A stretch of 64,000 bases of DNA from Clostridia bacterium. Its GTDB lineage: Bacteria > Bacillota > Clostridia > TANB77 > CAG-508. The stretch spans positions 10,661 to 74,660 of the forward strand of contig JAGAED010000002.1 in assembly GCA_017613275.1 (NCBI GenBank), given 5' to 3'. The position numbers and the translations under genes were made by a program. Below the pieces are notes generated by a model. The model worked only from the letters and a program-made list of their open reading frames with translations, had not been told where the DNA came from and searched no databases. Positions within the stretch are counted from its first letter, which is position 1. Each line of letters opens with the position of its first letter. This document shows, in pieces, positions 59,869 to 64,000 of this stretch.

Positions 59869-59927
59869 AAACTAAATATATATTCTTTCCGGGTTTACAC
59901 ATTCACAGAATATATATTTAGTTTTTT
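59869..59927. terminator. 18-bp-arm hairpin between convergent genes, with a GC-richer 20-nt loop
   Basis: aaactaaatatatattct (59869-59886) / agaatatatatttagttt (59907-59924), loop ttccgggtttacacattcac. Confidence 0.7.
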
Positions 59928-60709
59928 GTTTTTATAATTTCAACAACTGGCCCAATCAGCATACATAGAAAGGAAAAAACACCACTTAAATTAGGTGGAA
60001 ACTCTGGCCAAATTACTAAAATTGAGCCAAGTGTAAAACCAATTATTGTGTAAAAGGTCTCAGCGTAGAAATTGTCCAAACAATATTTAGTTAATTTCAT
60101 AAATACAAAGGAACCAAGTGCTAAACCAATCAAAATAGGGACAAGTATAGGAAAATACAAAGATGAAACAGATGTCAAATAAGCACTATAAACCCCAAGT
60201 AACATAAGTATTATTGTGCTACTAACACCAGGCACTACAATTCCAATAGACATCATAAAACCACAAAAAATCAAATAAAAATAATTAAAACCAGTGCTAT
60301 TAGCCACTGGTAATTTTTTTTCTAAAAATACAGTTGCTAAGCCCATAATTAGTGCTGCTACTAAGTATAACATATATCTCAATTTAAATTTTTTCTTTTT
60401 ATTTATATCTTTTAACAAGCTCGGAACGGTGGATAAAATTAGCCCAACAAAAGCAGATTTGGTTTGTAGAGGGTAAGCATAAAGCATGTAGTTTAAGACT
60501 TTACTAAAAATTAAAGCTCCTAAAATAATTCCTGTACCAATTGGAAATAAAAATTTAATATTCTTTTTTATATTTTTAAAAAATCCTAAAACACTATTTA
60601 AAAGATTTTCATATAACCCAAAAATAACACACAAAACTCCACTGCTAATACCAGGCAGAATAGCTCCTGCGCCAATTAAAATACCTTTAAAAAAATTGGA
60701 AAACATCAA
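59918..60709 (-). CDS. DUF368-family polytopic membrane protein
   Basis: N-terminus FFKGILIGAGAILPGISSGVL and internal repeat GIVVPGVSSTIILMLLG, typical of DUF368. Confidence 0.75.
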   Translation of the reverse strand: MMFSNFFKGILIGAGAILPGISSGVLCVIFGLYENLLNSVLGFFKNIKKNIKFLFPIGTGIILGALIFSKVLNYMLYAYPLQTKSAFVGLILSTVPSLLKDINKKKKFKLRYMLYLVAALIMGLATVFLEKKLPVANSTGFNYFYLIFCGFMMSIGIVVPGVSSTIILMLLGVYSAYLTSVSSLYFPILVPILIGLALGSFVFMKLTKYCLDNFYAETFYTIIGFTLGSILVIWPEFPPNLSGVFSFLCMLIGPVVEIIKTKN

Positions 60710-60855
60710 ATCACCTGTTTAAAAGTATTCAAAAAAATAATAAATATAATATTTTTTCTATTTTTGAACACACATAAAAAATAAAAAATAAAGTCCATGC
60801 ACTTTTAATTTTTAAGCACATATAATTGTGGTATAGAGAATTTGGAGGTGCATGT

Positions 60856-61573
60856 ATGTTATTAGCACTTTGTAGTACAGGAATAGTAGGGTTTTTACAG
60901 TTTTTAAAATCTGCAATTTTTGTAGTTGGTTACATATCTCGGGAGCAATTTGTTTCCAGAGCCGTTGACAAGGGAAGAAGAGCTGGAAGCATTACAAAGG
61001 TTAGCAGAAGGGGACGAAGATGCAAGAAATTTATTAATAGAAAGAAACTTAAGATTAGTGGCACATGTTGCAAAGAAATATACAAACACAAAGTCTGAAC
61101 AAGAAGATTTGATATCTATAGGGACAATTGGCTTAATAAAGGGGATAAATAGTTTTAGTATAGAGAAAGGCTCAAGGCTTTCTACCTATGCATCTCGATG
61201 TATAGATAATGAAATTCTTATGCATTTAAGGGCCACAAAAAAATTAAATGCTGAAGTTGCCTTAAATGACCCAATAGGCAAAGATAAAGATGATAATGTG
61301 GTTACTTTAGAAGAGGTATTGGAAAACAATGATAGAAGTATAGAAGAAGAAGTTGATTTAAAAATGAAAGTAAAACTTTTATATGAAAAAATGAAAAATG
61401 TTTTAAAAGATAGAGAAAAAACAATATTAGAGCTTCGTTTTGGACTTGGGGGGCATAAGCCTAAAACTCAACATGAAATTGCAGAAGACATGGGAATTTC
61501 TCGTTCTTATGTATCGCGTATTGAAACAAAGGCTATCAGCAAACTATCAAATGAATTTCGTTCGTTTGAATAA
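60856..61573 (+). pseudogene. sigK: Sporulation sigma factor K (pro-sigma-K) with a frame break between the pro-sequence and the mature part
   Basis: GGAGGTG plus ATG 60856 encodes MLLALCSTGIVGFLQFLKSAIFVVGYIS, resembling the B. subtilis pro-sigK leader. The mature region (GSNLFPEPLT...LIERNLRLVAHVAKKY...ISIGTIGLIKGI...STYASRCIDNEILMHLRA...ISRSYVSRIE) is in the +1 frame. The switch falls at tctcggg, 60937-60943. Confidence 0.7.
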
Positions 61574-61626
61574 CCACCCATTGCATTATACTGAAAAAAG
61601 TGTATAATACTTGTAAGGGTGAAAAA

Positions 61627-62520
61627 ATGAAAGAATTAGAAAAATGTGAAATTTGTCCACATAAATGTAAAGTAAATAGATTAGAAAAAAAGCTTGGGTT
61701 TTGCAAATCAAGTGATAAAGTTAAGATTGCATTATACTCAACTCATAATTTTGAAGAACCTTGTATTAGCGGAGAAAAAGGTTCAGGAACAGTATTCTTT
61801 TCAAATTGCACAATGAAGTGTATCTATTGTCAAAATTATGAAATCAGTCAATTGGGCAAAGGAAGAGAAATATCAATAGAAGAACTTGCAAATATTTTTA
61901 TGCTCCAACAAGAAAAAGGAGTGGAAAACATAAATCTTGTAACACCTACAAGTTATGTGCCACAAATAATAGAGGCTATAAAAATTGCCAAGGGAAAAGG
62001 ACTAAAAATACCAATAGTGTATAATACAAATGGTTATGAGAATATAGAAACTTTAAAAATGCTAGAAGGCTATATTGATATATATTTGCCAGATTTAAAA
62101 TACTACTACAATGAACTTGGAAAGAAATATTCAGGTGTAAATAACTATTTTGAAATTACTACTAATGCAATAAAAGAAATGTATAGGCAAGTTGGGGAGC
62201 CAGTTTTAAATAAAGATGGAATTATGCAGAAAGGCTTGATGGTTAGGCATTTGGTGTTACCAGGAGAAATTGATAATTCTAAAAAAATTCTAAAATGGAT
62301 AAAAGAAAATTTAAGTAAAAAAATCTTTGTAAGCATTATGGCTCAATACTTTCCAACATATTTAGCAAAAAATGTGGATAATTTAAACAGAAAACTTACA
62401 AAAGAGGAATATGAAGAGATTGAGAATTTTGTGTATGAACTAGATATCGAAAATGGCTATATGCAAGACTTAGGAGAACATGAAGAAGAATATGTTCCAG
62501 ATTGGAATAAAAAATACTAG
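61627..62520 (+). CDS. Radical SAM protein, PflX-like (pyruvate formate-lyase activase homolog family)
   Basis: N-terminal CEICPHKCKV...GFC cluster and radical-SAM motif CTMKCIYCQN. Confidence 0.8.
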   Translation: MKELEKCEICPHKCKVNRLEKKLGFCKSSDKVKIALYSTHNFEEPCISGEKGSGTVFFSNCTMKCIYCQNYEISQLGKGREISIEELANIFMLQQEKGVENINLVTPTSYVPQIIEAIKIAKGKGLKIPIVYNTNGYENIETLKMLEGYIDIYLPDLKYYYNELGKKYSGVNNYFEITTNAIKEMYRQVGEPVLNKDGIMQKGLMVRHLVLPGEIDNSKKILKWIKENLSKKIFVSIMAQYFPTYLAKNVDNLNRKLTKEEYEEIENFVYELDIENGYMQDLGEHEEEYVPDWNKKY

Positions 62521-62525
62521 AAAAT

Positions 62526-64000
62526 TTATGAATTTTCTAGTATTTTTATTGCACATTTTATTCCGTCAATTGCGGCTGTCATAATTCCTCCAGCATAACC
62601 TGCACCTTCGCCACAAGGGTATAGTCCATCAATATTTGAAACCAAATTATCATCTCTTAAAATACGAACAGGGGAAGAAGTTCTTGTTTCAACACCTGTC
62701 ATAATACTATCTGGGTGAGCAAAGCCTTTTAATTTGGTATCAAAATGAATAAGTCCCTCTTTTAAAGTTTGGTTAACAAATTCAGGGAATAGGTCATTCA
62801 AATTACATAGAGTAATGCCAGGCTTATAGCTTGGTTCGACAATTCCTATTTGACTAGATACCTTGTTTTCTAAAAAGTCTTCTACTCTTTGGGCAGGTGC
62901 ATTATAGTTGTTTCCACCAAGTTTAAAGGCTTTCTCTTCCAAATTCTTTTGAAAATATATTCCATCAAGTGGGGAAGAACCGCCAAAATCTTCAGGAGTA
63001 ATTCCAACTAAAAGTGCTGAGTTAGCATTTTTACCATCTCTTAAAAAATTGCTCATACCATTTGTAACAATTGTGTTTTCTTCACTAGAAGAAGCAACAA
63101 CTTGTCCACCTGGGCACATGCAAAAAGTGTAGCAAGAATGACCATTAGGTGAGTGGTAAGCTAGCTTATATTCAGCAGGTGGAAGTTTCAATTTTGTAAT
63201 TGTGCCATATTGAGCTTTGTTAATTTCGCTTTGTAAATGTTCAATTCTTACGCCAACAGAGAAGTCCTTTTGTTCCATTTTCACGCCTTTTTCATAAAGC
63301 TTTTCAAATGTATCTCTACTACTGTGGCCAATTGCAAGAATTACACAGTCTGTTTCAATCTTTTTACTACAATAAACAGCTGTAATCTTATTATTAGTAA
63401 ATTCAAAATCTGTAACTTTTTCATTAAATAAAAATTCTCCACCTTGCGAAATAATATAATTTCTCATATTTCTAACAATATTTATTAAATTATCTGTTCC
63501 AATGTGTGGCTTACTTAAATACAAAATTTGACTTGGAGCTCCAAAATTTACAAATTCTTGAAGGACTTTTTTGCTATATGGACTATTAACTCCTGTTGTT
63601 AGCTTTCCATCTGAAAAAGTTCCAGCACCACCTTCACCAAATTGAACATTACTCATAGTATTAAGTCTTCCATTTTTTTTGAACTCTTCAACGTCTTTGA
63701 TTCGAGCTTCAACAGGCTTGCCTTGTTCAATAACAATAGGCTTAAAGCCATTCTGTACAAAAGTAAGAGCAGCAAAAAGACCAGCAGGACCAGCACCGAC
63801 AATAACTGGACGAATTTGTGAAGTTCTATTTATACTTGTTTTGGGCAATTTAAGTTCTTTGACTTTATCTAGTTTTTTATACTTATTCTCATCTTTCACT
63901 TCAATATCAATTGAATAAGAATAATGAACATCATCCTTTTTTCTAGCATCAATAGACTTTTTAGAAATAAAAGAATTTAAAACATCATTTTTATTTATAT
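62526..64000 (-). CDS. FAD-dependent oxidoreductase (COG2509-like), 5' end beyond the window
   Basis: Dinucleotide fold VIVGAGPAGLFAAL. The frame stays open upstream of the ORF-track GTG (63899) to nt 64000 (..NSFISKKSIDARKKDDVHYSYSIDIEVKDENKY..), so the gene is truncated by the window edge. Confidence 0.8.
   Translation of the reverse strand, partial: INKNDVLNSFISKKSIDARKKDDVHYSYSIDIEVKDENKYKKLDKVKELKLPKTSINRTSQIRPVIVGAGPAGLFAALTFVQNGFKPIVIEQGKPVEARIKDVEEFKKNGRLNTMSNVQFGEGGAGTFSDGKLTTGVNSPYSKKVLQEFVNFGAPSQILYLSKPHIGTDNLINIVRNMRNYIISQGGEFLFNEKVTDFEFTNNKITAVYCSKKIETDCVILAIGHSSRDTFEKLYEKGVKMEQKDFSVGVRIEHLQSEINKAQYGTITKLKLPPAEYKLAYHSPNGHSCYTFCMCPGGQVVASSSEENTIVTNGMSNFLRDGKNANSALLVGITPEDFGGSSPLDGIYFQKNLEEKAFKLGGNNYNAPAQRVEDFLENKVSSQIGIVEPSYKPGITLCNLNDLFPEFVNQTLKEGLIHFDTKLKGFAHPDSIMTGVETRTSSPVRILRDDNLVSNIDGLYPCGEGAGYAGGIMTAAIDGIKCAIKILENS

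Noticed and set aside
60740-60855. Sigma-E/sigma-K type promoter upstream of sigK (cac-N16-catataat around 60800-60830)
   Set aside because: The match to the mother-cell promoter consensus (AC ... CATA---T) is short and easily produced by chance in AT-rich DNA. It is not supportable without transcription start data.

Overview
AT-rich chromosomal segment (a typical 60-nt line counts about 30-35% G+C by hand) from a spore-forming, Clostridia-like Firmicute. It is packed with housekeeping genes, almost all on the + strand: dnaK-dnaJ, cysS, rlmN, rplM-rpsI, hup, ylxM-ffh-rpsP-KH-rimM-rplS-trmD, gatCAB, secG, rnr, rpmB, tig-clpP-clpX, queA-tgt, priA-def-fmt-stp-prkC-rsgA-rpe and adhE. It also holds two tRNAs (Gly-UCC, Leu-CAA) and sporulation genes (splB, spoVB-like, spoVM, sigK, a SleB-like hydrolase). 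I saw no rRNA, CRISPR array, transposase or integrase.

Main second-look items:
1. A 13-codon leader ORF ending in three consecutive Cys codons, followed by an intrinsic terminator, sits directly upstream of cysS. This looks like leader-peptide attenuation where a T-box would be expected.
2. A promoter bracketed by two LexA-box-like repeats drives a YneA-like LysM membrane protein next to spore photoproduct lyase.
3. Two related GC-rich about 95-115 bp inserts sit inside the loops of locus-specific AT-rich hairpins. A similar hairpin between gatC and gatA is uninterrupted.
4. A tRNA-Gly-adjacent accessory patch carries a frameshifted about 500-aa HExxH protein with a small partner gene, plus a compositionally foreign two-gene membrane cassette.
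5. Four genes are broken by small indels: spoVB-like, pro-sigK, the HExxH gene and a pilin-like paralog. Either this is real decay, notably of sporulation genes, or it is assembly error.
6. Paralogous prepilin-like genes flank def, one of them fused to an FGE/SUMF1-like domain.
7. rplS carries an acidic repeat extension and sits before trmD, the reverse of the order I recall.
8. Several sub-60-aa genes fall below the ORF-track length cut-off, including spoVM.

All functional calls rest on motif recognition by eye. No database search was run.
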